This document shows positions 1 through 8,300 of a stretch of 23,731 bases of DNA, in pieces. A program made the translations under genes and the position numbers. How positions within the stretch are numbered: the stretch's first letter is position 1; each line of letters starts with the position of its first letter. Below the pieces are notes generated by a model. That model was not told where the DNA came from, made no database searches, and saw only the letters and a list, made by a program, of their open reading frames with translations. Source of the DNA: a bacterium (GTDB lineage: Bacteria; Zhuqueibacterota; Zhuqueibacteria; Zhuqueibacterales; Zhuqueibacteraceae); assembly GCA_044869275.1 (NCBI GenBank), contig JBIOXB010000182.1:1-23731 (forward strand), in the 5' to 3' direction.

Positions 1-121
1 GGTATCCAAACCAATATACCAAATCTCAAAAAACGGAGCCATCCTACTATTTTTCAAAGAACTCTTGCGCTTAAATGAACGGTATTGACATTAAAACTGA
101 TCACACGTCCACCATCACCAG

Positions 122-1177
122 ATGAGAAAACTGTCTTTGCGTTTGCTGCTTTCTTGCTTATTTTTGGTCCTCGTTTGGACCGGCTTTGCGTTCATTCACA
201 ATAGGTTCTTAAACGGCGACTCGGAGGTCCTGAATCCCAGGCTCGTCCCACCCTTTAGTATACCTGGCGAAGTGCCGGGCAGGCAGTACGTCTATTTCGC
301 CGGGCTTGGCGATCAGGGCACCGGTCTGGCTGGCCAGAAGCACGTTGCGGCATTGTTGAATCAGAAAGCGCAGCGAGACGCGCTGCATTTCGTTTTGCTA
401 TTGGGGGATAATTTTTATCCCAACGGCGTCGCTTCGACCAGCGATCCCCAGTGGCGGACGAAATTCGTCGACATGTATAATCTGCCCTTTCTGATCGTTC
501 CTTTTTATGCGGCGCTGGGTGGCCACGATTATAGGCTGAATCGCGCTTCATTTCAAGTGGAATACAGCCGGCTGAATCCCAAATGGGTCATGCCGGCAGC
601 GTATTACTCTTTTGGTTATCCCATCGACAGTACGAGCACCATGCAATTTTGGGCGCTGGACACCGAGCACATCATCGACGGCAGCAAGTATGACCCGGAA
701 CAAATGGCCTGGCTCGAGCGCGAGTTACAGAAATCTCCTGCAACCTGGAAAGTGGTTTTCGGCCACCATCCCGTTTTCTCGTATGGCGAGCACGGACATG
801 GCAAAAGAATGATCAAATTTGTGCGGCCGCTGCTGGAAAAATACGCCGTCGATTTGTATCTTAGCGGTCATGATCACGATCGCCAGATGCTGCAGCCCAT
901 CGGCGGGGTGCATTATATCGTTTCCGGCACAGGCGGGAAAAGCCGCGACACCTCCTATGGCCCGATTACAACTTTTGCCGCAACCAATCTTGGCTTCACG
1001 TGGTTTCGCGTCTCGGCGGAAGATTTTCACGTGCAGTTTCTCGACGGCGACGGCAACGTGGAATACGCCCAAACCTGGGCCAAAGGAGCGGTTGGCAAAC
1101 AACCCTACGATCCGGAGCTGATCATGGACCCCAGCCCGGAGCCGGGCAAAGACCGCAACCGGAAGAGCCACGACTAA
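122..1177 (+). CDS. Metallophosphoesterase, purple acid phosphatase/TRAP-like, N-terminally anchored or secreted
   Basis: Motifs GDQG, GDNFY, GGHD (GNHD position), FGHHP and SGHDH occur in the expected order; hydrophobic N-terminal segment. Confidence 0.9.
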   Translation: MRKLSLRLLLSCLFLVLVWTGFAFIHNRFLNGDSEVLNPRLVPPFSIPGEVPGRQYVYFAGLGDQGTGLAGQKHVAALLNQKAQRDALHFVLLLGDNFYPNGVASTSDPQWRTKFVDMYNLPFLIVPFYAALGGHDYRLNRASFQVEYSRLNPKWVMPAAYYSFGYPIDSTSTMQFWALDTEHIIDGSKYDPEQMAWLERELQKSPATWKVVFGHHPVFSYGEHGHGKRMIKFVRPLLEKYAVDLYLSGHDHDRQMLQPIGGVHYIVSGTGGKSRDTSYGPITTFAATNLGFTWFRVSAEDFHVQFLDGDGNVEYAQTWAKGAVGKQPYDPELIMDPSPEPGKDRNRKSHD

Positions 1178-1186
1178 TCAGGTATT

Positions 1187-2356
1187 ATGCGCTTCATTCA
1201 TTTTGCCGATACACACTTGGGCTTTTCTGATCTCACGAAAATCGATGCGGAGACGGGCACCAATCGCCGCGAGCAGGATTTTTACGAGGCGTGGCGGCAC
1301 GTGGTGGACGCCATCGTCGAACACCGGCCGGACTTCGTTTTACACGCCGGGGATCTGTTTCAATCCCCCCGGCCCAACAATCGCGCCATTGCCGTGGCAC
1401 TGGAAGGCTTGAAGCGCATGCACGACGCCGGCATACCGATTTTCATCGTCGCGGGCAATCATTCCACGCCGCGCATTCGCAGCACCGGCAATATCTTCGA
1501 GGCGCTCGCGGTTTTGCCGAACGTGCATGCCGCATATCGCGGCGTTTATGAGAAGTTTATTTTCACCTCCTTCGACGGCAAAGCAAGCTGCGCGATTCAC
1601 GCCCTCCCGCATTGCTCTTTGAGCGAAGATTTGGAAAAGGCCTATTCCAGTTTGCAGCTCGATCCTGCCGCGCGCTGGAATATTTTGCTCACGCACGGCT
1701 CGTGGCGGGCGGCCGGCAAAATCGATACGCGCATGGGTGAATTCAACGAACAGTTTTTGGAAGATCCCGAAACGCGTCTGCACCTGGCGTTCGATTACAT
1801 CGCGCTCGGCCACTATCACCGCTACCTTGCCATCAATGATCATACCTTCTATTCCGGTTCGACCGAGCGCACGAGTTTCAATGAAGCCGGCTATGGCTCA
1901 GGTTATATAGCAGGCGATTTACGGGCACGCACTTGGGAATATGTTCAGATTCCTTCGCGGCCCATGCTCCGTCTCAAGCCCATTGATTGCCGGGGCAAGA
2001 GTGTGGAAGAGCTCATGCTGGATTTGAAAGAGCGCAGCCGTGCCGATCTGGCGGGCGCCATGGTCACGCTCGAATTCCGCCATCTTTCCCGCGATCTCTA
2101 TCTGCAGCTCGATTTCCCCGCCGTCGATAAAATCTTCGCGCACGCCTTTCATCTCGACAAACAATTTGTATTTGAAGCCGCAACCGCGCTCGCCCAGGAC
2201 GAGGCGGGCGGTGAAATCGCCGCATTGGGATCGTTGCGCGAGGAATTTGCGCGTTATCTTTTGCAGCGCGGCAACGGCACCTTGCCGCGCGCGGAGCTGG
2301 AGCACTTGGGCGGGGAATACCTTGCCGCCGCCGAAACCGCCGAGCCGGAAGCATGA
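1187..2356 (+). CDS. sbcD: SbcD/Mre11-family DNA repair nuclease
   Basis: ADTHLG, AGDLF, AGNHS, ALGHYH and YSGS motifs; stop overlaps the start of the Rad50-like ATPase (ATGA). Confidence 0.92.
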   Translation: MRFIHFADTHLGFSDLTKIDAETGTNRREQDFYEAWRHVVDAIVEHRPDFVLHAGDLFQSPRPNNRAIAVALEGLKRMHDAGIPIFIVAGNHSTPRIRSTGNIFEALAVLPNVHAAYRGVYEKFIFTSFDGKASCAIHALPHCSLSEDLEKAYSSLQLDPAARWNILLTHGSWRAAGKIDTRMGEFNEQFLEDPETRLHLAFDYIALGHYHRYLAINDHTFYSGSTERTSFNEAGYGSGYIAGDLRARTWEYVQIPSRPMLRLKPIDCRGKSVEELMLDLKERSRADLAGAMVTLEFRHLSRDLYLQLDFPAVDKIFAHAFHLDKQFVFEAATALAQDEAGGEIAALGSLREEFARYLLQRGNGTLPRAELEHLGGEYLAAAETAEPEA

Positions 2357-4752
2357 TTCTCAAACATCTGCGCTTGCGCAACTTTCGCCGTTACGCGGAA
2401 TTGTTTTTGGAGTTTCCGGAAAACGTGATCGGCGTCATCGGCCGAAACGGCGCGGGGAAATCGACTTTACTCGAAGCCATTGCCTGGGCGCTGTACGGTT
2501 CGCGCGCGGTGCGCACGGATAAGCTGCTCATGCGCCGGCAGCAGGCGCCGCTCTCTGAGCCTTGTGAAGTGGAACTGGCTTTCACCCTGGCCGGCGATGA
2601 TTATGTCGTGCAGCGCGCCCTGCGCGGCGCAAATGCGGCGGTCGAAGCCGCTTTGTATCGCGCCGGAGACAGCGACAAATTGGCGGTGCGCGAGAGTGGG
2701 GTAAACGAGGCCATCGCCCACCTACTTGGCCTCGATCACAAATCTTTCGAAGTCTCCATTTTCGCCAGGCAAAAAGAGCTGGCGGCCCTGAGCACCCTGA
2801 CGGACGAACCGCGACGCAAACTCGTCAGCCGTTTGATCGATTTGGAGGCCATCGATCTTGCCCGCCAGAACGCGTTGAATGATGCGAATCAAAAACGAAA
2901 ATTTTTAGAAGGCGCGCGCGCTCATCAAGTAAACATCGAAGAGCTGCAACAACAATTATCCGGGTTGCGGGCGGAACGCCTTGCCGCTGCGGAAACGCTG
3001 CAATCCCGCCAACAGGAAGAGCAGCATTGGGCGCGGCAGGCTGAAAAAGAACGGGTATTGTGGGAGGAAGAAAGCCGGCGCCGTGATCATTTTCAAAAAT
3101 TGCAGGGGCAGTTGCAAAAGGTGCAAGGACAGGCACAGGAGGTGCATTTGCAACTTCAGCACGCTGACAAAGAAAAGCAGGAGCTGTCGGCGCATCAAAT
3201 GACGATTACAGCGTTGCTGCCCGCGCGACCGGAAGTGGAAAAACTACGGCACGAGAAAGAGTCCCTGGAGAAACAGCGCCGCGCCTTGATTGAGCGCGAA
3301 GGCAAGCAAGGGCTTGCCAACAATCTCTCCGAACAAGTGTCCGCGCTGCAAAGCGAAGCCGAGCCCCTGCACAAGAGCTTGGCGGGTTTACCAGCTCTCA
3401 TGGATCAAGAACAGGCATGGGAAACGCGCTGGCAAGAGGCGCAGTTGCATCTGCAAAATCTCCGTGAGAATGAGAAAGCATTATCCAATCAACAAAGTGC
3501 CGTCGAAGCGCGCGGCCGGGAACTAAAGGAAAAGCTCCAACGGGTACAAACGCTGGGCCAGGACAGCCCTTGTCCGGTATGTACGCGGCCGCTGCGCGAA
3601 CATTATCTTCCAGTGGTTGCGGAATTCGACAAGAATTTGCTCGCATTGCGGCAGGAGTATTCTGCTTTGGCAGAACAGAGGAAAACCGCCGCCCGGCACC
3701 TGCACGAAGCTGAGGAAGCCGGAAAGGCGCTGCTGCAGGAAAAGCAGCGCTTGAGCGCCGAGCGCGAAAAACTTCGCCAGCACCAGAATCAGCTTGCGGC
3801 GCTGCAAAATCGCCTGACCACGCTGCAGCAGCAGTTGGCGCTGGTGCAAAACGAAATCCAGCACAATGGCGCCGTCGCTTTCGATGCCATTTGGTTCGAG
3901 CAGGTCAACAAGCAGCTGGCGGCGCAAGAAGACAAGGTGCGGGAATTGATTCATCTCGAAGGTTTGGCGGCGAATTTGCCCGCGCTGGAAGCGAGACGCG
4001 CGCAGTTGCAGGATAAAGTGCTCGATTTGAACGCACAAGAAACCAATCTGCAACAGCAAATGGCGTCGTTGCAGTTTCTCGAAGAAACTTTTCTTGCCAG
4101 CCAGCGGGCTTATCACGAGGCCGCCAGCGAGCATCTCCGCCATCATAAATCCGCGAGCGAAGCCCAAGCCGCCGTTGCCTCGCTGGCGGCGCTCATCGGC
4201 CAGCTCGAGCCCAGGATCGCGCAAGCACAAGAGCACGCCGCGGCGATCGCGCGCACCGAGCGTGAAGTGGTTTTGTTGGAGGCCTTGCAAGAGCACTTCA
4301 AAAACTTTCGCGCAGAAATGGCCGGCCGCTTGCGGCCCTTGATTGCGGCCCGCGCCTCGGAGATTTTGCGCCTGGCGACCAACGGCCGCTACACGCTGCT
4401 TGAGCTGGACGAATCGTATAATCTGTTTTTGTTCGACCAAAATCAAAAATTCGAGCTCGCGCGCTTTTCCGGCGGTGAGCAGGATTTATTGAATCTCTGC
4501 TTGCGCGTGGCAATCAGCCAGGTCATCGCGCAACGCTCGGGCCGGCCGCCGCTGCAATTCATCGTGCTCGATGAGATTTTCGGCTCGCAGGACGAGGAAC
4601 GTAAATTTCTTTTGCTTTCGACCTTGCAGCACTTGAGCAGCTATTTCCGGCAAGTTTTTCTCGTCACGCACGAGCAGTCCGTCAAGGACAATCTGCCCGT
4701 CGTGTTCGAAGTGCAAATGAACGGCGATACCAGCGAAATCAAAGCGTCTTAA
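2353..4752 (+). CDS. sbcC: SbcC/Rad50-family SMC-like ATPase
   Basis: Walker A GRNGAGKST, long coiled coils, central CPVC zinc hook, signature FSGGE, Walker B LDEIFG, H-loop VTH. Confidence 0.93.
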   Translation: MILKHLRLRNFRRYAELFLEFPENVIGVIGRNGAGKSTLLEAIAWALYGSRAVRTDKLLMRRQQAPLSEPCEVELAFTLAGDDYVVQRALRGANAAVEAALYRAGDSDKLAVRESGVNEAIAHLLGLDHKSFEVSIFARQKELAALSTLTDEPRRKLVSRLIDLEAIDLARQNALNDANQKRKFLEGARAHQVNIEELQQQLSGLRAERLAAAETLQSRQQEEQHWARQAEKERVLWEEESRRRDHFQKLQGQLQKVQGQAQEVHLQLQHADKEKQELSAHQMTITALLPARPEVEKLRHEKESLEKQRRALIEREGKQGLANNLSEQVSALQSEAEPLHKSLAGLPALMDQEQAWETRWQEAQLHLQNLRENEKALSNQQSAVEARGRELKEKLQRVQTLGQDSPCPVCTRPLREHYLPVVAEFDKNLLALRQEYSALAEQRKTAARHLHEAEEAGKALLQEKQRLSAEREKLRQHQNQLAALQNRLTTLQQQLALVQNEIQHNGAVAFDAIWFEQVNKQLAAQEDKVRELIHLEGLAANLPALEARRAQLQDKVLDLNAQETNLQQQMASLQFLEETFLASQRAYHEAASEHLRHHKSASEAQAAVASLAALIGQLEPRIAQAQEHAAAIARTEREVVLLEALQEHFKNFRAEMAGRLRPLIAARASEILRLATNGRYTLLELDESYNLFLFDQNQKFELARFSGGEQDLLNLCLRVAISQVIAQRSGRPPLQFIVLDEIFGSQDEERKFLLLSTLQHLSSYFRQVFLVTHEQSVKDNLPVVFEVQMNGDTSEIKAS

Positions 4753-4827
4753 TCCCACCATGATCGTCTTCAATAACTGGTGCATGCCCCTCAGGTTTGG
4801 CGATTCCGGAGCAAGCCTTTTTCTCTG

Positions 4828-4844
4828 CTGGCTCGGCTTTGGCT
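4828..4844 (+). promoter_or_regulatory. Possible sigma54 -24/-12 promoter for the M28 peptidase-pstS unit
   Basis: CTGGCTCGGCTTTGGCT versus consensus YTGGCACGRNNNTTGCW: correct GG-N10-GC spacing, 2 mismatches; the site also lies within a long imperfect hairpin. Confidence 0.35.
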
Positions 4845-4882
4845 CGGAGTGGAGGGCGCGCGCAAAAAGAGTTTTTTTCAGA

Positions 4883-6583
4883 ATGGCAATGCGCCGGGTG
4901 GTGCGCTCCGTCAAGCAACGCCTCGCCTGGCAGTCGTGCCTGATGGTCCTCTGGGCGCCTGGCTTCCTCCCCTTGCTTGCGCAATCGAGAGAAAGCTCGC
5001 CCACGCTGCCGGTCTTGCCAGCGATCTCACCCGACGCCTTGCGCGCGCACGTCGAATTTCTCGCTCACGACTCGCTGCAGGGCCGCGGCACGGGCACGCG
5101 CGGCGGCGAGCGGGCAGCACAGTATCTCGCGGATCAACTCTCGACGTTGAATTTGCAGCCCCTGGGCGACGACAGTACTTTTTTGCAAGCCATTCCCATG
5201 CACGCCAGCCGCCCGTCGCCGCAATCGCGCCTGCAGATCGTCACAAAAAATGGTGAGGCTATTTTGGAGCTGCACAAGGACTATTTGCTGTATCACTCCG
5301 GCGCGCAAACCTTTGTGCCCAAGCCCGTGCCCCTGGTATTCGTCGGCTATGGCATCACGGCGCCGGAATTCGACTACAATGATTACCAGGCCATGGAGGT
5401 CGAGGGCAAAATCGTGGTTTGCCTTTCCGGGGAACCGGAGTCGAACGAGGAAAACTATTTTGCGGGACCCGCGCCGACTTTCTATTCTTTTCCGGCCTAC
5501 AAACAAATGATGGCGATCGCGCGCGGCGCGCGCGGCAGCATCATCATCCCCTTGCCGCGCACAGAGCAGGGGCGCACCTGGGAATACTGGGTGCGGCAGT
5601 TCGCCTTTGAAGACGTGAATTTGTTATCCTCCGTCACCAATAATCTCAGCCTCATGATGAATGTGCAAACCGCCGGGCGGTTGTTTGACGAAGCGGCCTT
5701 TGACTTGCATGAAGTTTTCGAGATGGATGCGAAGCATGCCATGCGCAGTTTTTCGCTCAAAACTTCGGCCTCGTTTCGCGGCGTATTCCAGCAGCGTGAT
5801 TTTCTGGCGCACAACGTCATCGGTATGTGGCCGGGCAGCGACCCCGCGCTGCGCGATACCTATGTCCTGCTCACCGCGCATTACGATCATCTTGGCCTCG
5901 GGCCGGCCGTGCAAGGCGATTCGATTTACAATGGCGTGTTCGACAATGCCATTGGCGTGGCCGCGGTTTTGGAAATCGCGCGCACGCTTATCGCGCTGCC
6001 GGAGCGGCCGCGGCGCTCGTTGCTCTTTCTATTTCTGACCGGCGAAGAAAAAGGCATGCTGGGTTCCAACTATTACGTCGAGCACTCTGCCGTGCCGTTG
6101 CACCGCACGATCGCGAACCTCAATGTCGACGGCCTGGCGTTGTTTGATACCTTCAATGATATCGCCGGGGTGGGCGCGGAATTTTCTTCCCTGGAAGTGA
6201 ATCTCCGGGAGGTGGCGCAGGCGCTGGGATTGCGCGTTTCCCCGGTTCCGGCGGCATTTGCGGCGGCGCTGCCGTTCGCGCGCTCGGATCAAGTCGTCTT
6301 CGCGCAGGCCGGCATACCGGCCATGTTGGTGATGGAAGGACTGGATTATCGCCAAACGTCGGAAGCGCAAGGCTGGCAGCGTTTTCTGAATTGGGGCGAG
6401 CAGTTTTATCATACGCCCGCGGACGATTTGACGCAGCCATTGAATTTCACGGCGGCGCAACAACATGCCCAGGTGTTGCTCGCGCTCAGCTACGATCTCG
6501 CCAATTCCAAGGTTGCGCCGGAGTGGAAACCCGGGACGCCTTTCATTCATGCGCGCCTGCAAACGCTGGCGGAGAAGCGCTGA
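4883..6583 (+). CDS. Secreted M28 family Zn metallopeptidase with protease-associated (PA) domain
   Basis: LQGRGTG, PA insert (VFVGYGITAPE..YNDY), TAHYDH, NGVFDNAIG, TGEEKG, NLNVD, RSDQ, FYHTPAD. Start moved from 4760 to ATG 4883 to give a signal-peptide-like N-terminus; start uncertain. Confidence 0.88.
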   Translation: MAMRRVVRSVKQRLAWQSCLMVLWAPGFLPLLAQSRESSPTLPVLPAISPDALRAHVEFLAHDSLQGRGTGTRGGERAAQYLADQLSTLNLQPLGDDSTFLQAIPMHASRPSPQSRLQIVTKNGEAILELHKDYLLYHSGAQTFVPKPVPLVFVGYGITAPEFDYNDYQAMEVEGKIVVCLSGEPESNEENYFAGPAPTFYSFPAYKQMMAIARGARGSIIIPLPRTEQGRTWEYWVRQFAFEDVNLLSSVTNNLSLMMNVQTAGRLFDEAAFDLHEVFEMDAKHAMRSFSLKTSASFRGVFQQRDFLAHNVIGMWPGSDPALRDTYVLLTAHYDHLGLGPAVQGDSIYNGVFDNAIGVAAVLEIARTLIALPERPRRSLLFLFLTGEEKGMLGSNYYVEHSAVPLHRTIANLNVDGLALFDTFNDIAGVGAEFSSLEVNLREVAQALGLRVSPVPAAFAAALPFARSDQVVFAQAGIPAMLVMEGLDYRQTSEAQGWQRFLNWGEQFYHTPADDLTQPLNFTAAQQHAQVLLALSYDLANSKVAPEWKPGTPFIHARLQTLAEKR

Positions 6584-6585
6584 AT

Positions 6586-7437
6586 ATGCCCCAAACCGCC
6601 AAGAGGCTAACCAGCCTTGCCTCCGGAATCGCGGCCCTCGCGCTCCAGGTTTCGAGCTGCAGCAGCTCGCGCACGGTCGCGCCTTCGACGATTCGCCTCA
6701 AGGGCTCGGATACCATGATGATTCTGACGCGCTTGTGGGCGGAAGAGTATATGAAGTTGCATCCCGGCATTTCGATCTACGTCGAAGGCGGCGGTACGGC
6801 GACCGGCATCGAGGCACTGATCAAAGGCAAAGCGGATATTTGTGCCGCCTCGCGCCCCTTGCGCGCCGAAGAAGCCCGCCGGTTGTTGCAGCAGCAGGGG
6901 GAGTTGGGCGTTTCCCATCTCGTCGCCAGCGATGCACTCAGCATTTACTTGCATCCTGCCAATCCCGTACGCAACCTGACGCTGGCACAAGTGCAAGAGA
7001 TTTTTTTGGGCAAGATTCAAAGCTGGAAAGAGGTGGGCGGTGATGACGGTCCCATTATCGTCTTGAGCCGCTCGCCCAATTCCGGCACCTATTTTTATTT
7101 TCAAGAACACGTGTTGGGCGGGCAAGAATATTCCGCGCAGGCCAAAATTCTGGCGGGAACTGAAGCGATTGTGTCGGCGGTGGCAGCGCAACGCTATGCT
7201 ATTGGCTATGGCGGCATTGCCTACGGCGGCAATCTCGTGCATTGCAAAATTGAGGGCGTGGCGCCAACCGCCGAAAACGTGCGCAACAACTCCTACGCCC
7301 TCGCGCGCTATTTATATTTCTACACGGCGAGAACCCCGCGCGGCGCGGTGAAGGCTTTCATCGATTGGATCTCGAGCCGGGCCGGCCAGCGCTTGGTCAA
7401 ACAAATCGGTTTCATCCCCATCATCGAAGTCCCTTAG
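6586..7437 (+). CDS. pstS: PstS-family phosphate ABC substrate-binding lipoprotein (no pstCAB in window)
   Basis: KGSDT, GGGT, ASR, SGT and AIGYGG motifs of PstS-like binding proteins; lipobox VSSC; ATG 2 nt after the upstream stop. Confidence 0.85.
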   Translation: MPQTAKRLTSLASGIAALALQVSSCSSSRTVAPSTIRLKGSDTMMILTRLWAEEYMKLHPGISIYVEGGGTATGIEALIKGKADICAASRPLRAEEARRLLQQQGELGVSHLVASDALSIYLHPANPVRNLTLAQVQEIFLGKIQSWKEVGGDDGPIIVLSRSPNSGTYFYFQEHVLGGQEYSAQAKILAGTEAIVSAVAAQRYAIGYGGIAYGGNLVHCKIEGVAPTAENVRNNSYALARYLYFYTARTPRGAVKAFIDWISSRAGQRLVKQIGFIPIIEVP

Positions 7438-8165
7438 TCGGGAGAAGCTTGCAGCTTCTGCAGAATCTCCTGCACCGCCTCTGCTCTTTTCTTCGCTTCG
7501 CCCTCGCCGCAATCCTGCGCGCGCGCCTGCTGCAAGGCGCTCTGATATTCGTCCCGCGCCTCCCCGAGATGCTGCAATCGTTCCAATGTTTGCGCCAGGG
7601 AAAAGCTGGTTTCGCCGCAATCGCGCTGCAAGGGAAATCTTTCTTTGATGCGATGCCATTTCAACGCCGCATTGGTCAGCAAGTTTTGCGCGGCGAGCGC
7701 CTGTGCCGCGTTGAATTCCCGGCGCCACCATTGGTTCGACAAAGCCGGGTTTTCATTTTCCAATTGATAAGGCTCGCCGCGAATCGTGCTGACCTCGCCG
7801 ATGCGCAGCGGAGTCTTGCCGCTGCTCGGCTTGATCTTGCCGATCTTCTGCGACACCAGGATCAAAAACAATTCCTGCTCCGTGATTTTACGCAGATCAG
7901 CGAGGTCCAGCACGGAATTGCCTCCGAGCTTGAAGAGGGCGCGCTCGCCGAATTCCAAAACCACCTCGCCATTTTCACCGGTCAAAATGGTGTCGATTTC
8001 CTCCAAAGACATGTTGACCTTTGCAGGTTCCCAGCCTTCCTCCAGCCCTCGCCGGATTTTTACTTCGCCGGTGAGCTGCACGATTTTAGCCTTCGTCGCG
8101 CCCTCGGCGGTCGAAACGATTGCAACCAGCGAATAAATCAGCAAAATCAAAAAATCTCTTGTCAT
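7434..8165 (-). CDS. Exported protein with N-terminal FecR-like beta domain and C-terminal TPR-like helices
   Basis: Signal-like segment; pattern AKIVQLTGEVKIRR..W......DTILTGENGEVVL....S.L and TIRG typical of FecR-domain proteins; helical tail SLAQTLERLQHLGEARDEYQSAL. Start 8165 or 8204. Confidence 0.7.
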   Translation of the reverse strand: MTRDFLILLIYSLVAIVSTAEGATKAKIVQLTGEVKIRRGLEEGWEPAKVNMSLEEIDTILTGENGEVVLEFGERALFKLGGNSVLDLADLRKITEQELFLILVSQKIGKIKPSSGKTPLRIGEVSTIRGEPYQLENENPALSNQWWRREFNAAQALAAQNLLTNAALKWHRIKERFPLQRDCGETSFSLAQTLERLQHLGEARDEYQSALQQARAQDCGEGEAKKRAEAVQEILQKLQASPD

Positions 8166-8251
8166 TTCAAGTCCACCGATCAAACTTTTGAAAGTTTTTA
8201 TCATGAAGCCCGGGTTTGCCGCGATGAATTAAAAACTCCTTTCAGCTTCTC

Positions 8252-8290
8252 AATCATCTATCTTCGAACTTCGAGCCTCCCTCCATCCTC
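8252..8290. repeat. Degenerate 7-bp tandem repeat (nATCCTC-like)
   Basis: AATCATC TATCTTC GAACTTC GAGCCTC CCTC CATCCTC. Confidence 0.45.
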
Positions 8291-8300
8291 CACGAGACCT

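Noticed and set aside
1..8. GGTATCCA as the tail of another REP copy
   Set aside because: It matches the end of the REP at 20316-20341 (reverse complement), but 8 nt at the window edge is too little to support
85..104. Pho box or -35 element upstream of the phosphatase (TTGACATTAAAACTGATCAC)
   Set aside because: No clean 11-bp direct repeat and no matching -10 at the right spacing
3523..4446. 307-aa minus-strand ORF and the many other overlapping ORFs in the track
   Set aside because: Shadows of sbcC and other real genes, with no domain signal
1187..4752. SbcCD pair as an anti-phage or anti-plasmid defence system
   Set aside because: Standard Mre11/Rad50 motifs with a zinc hook and no effector or kleisin partner genes; best read as DNA repair
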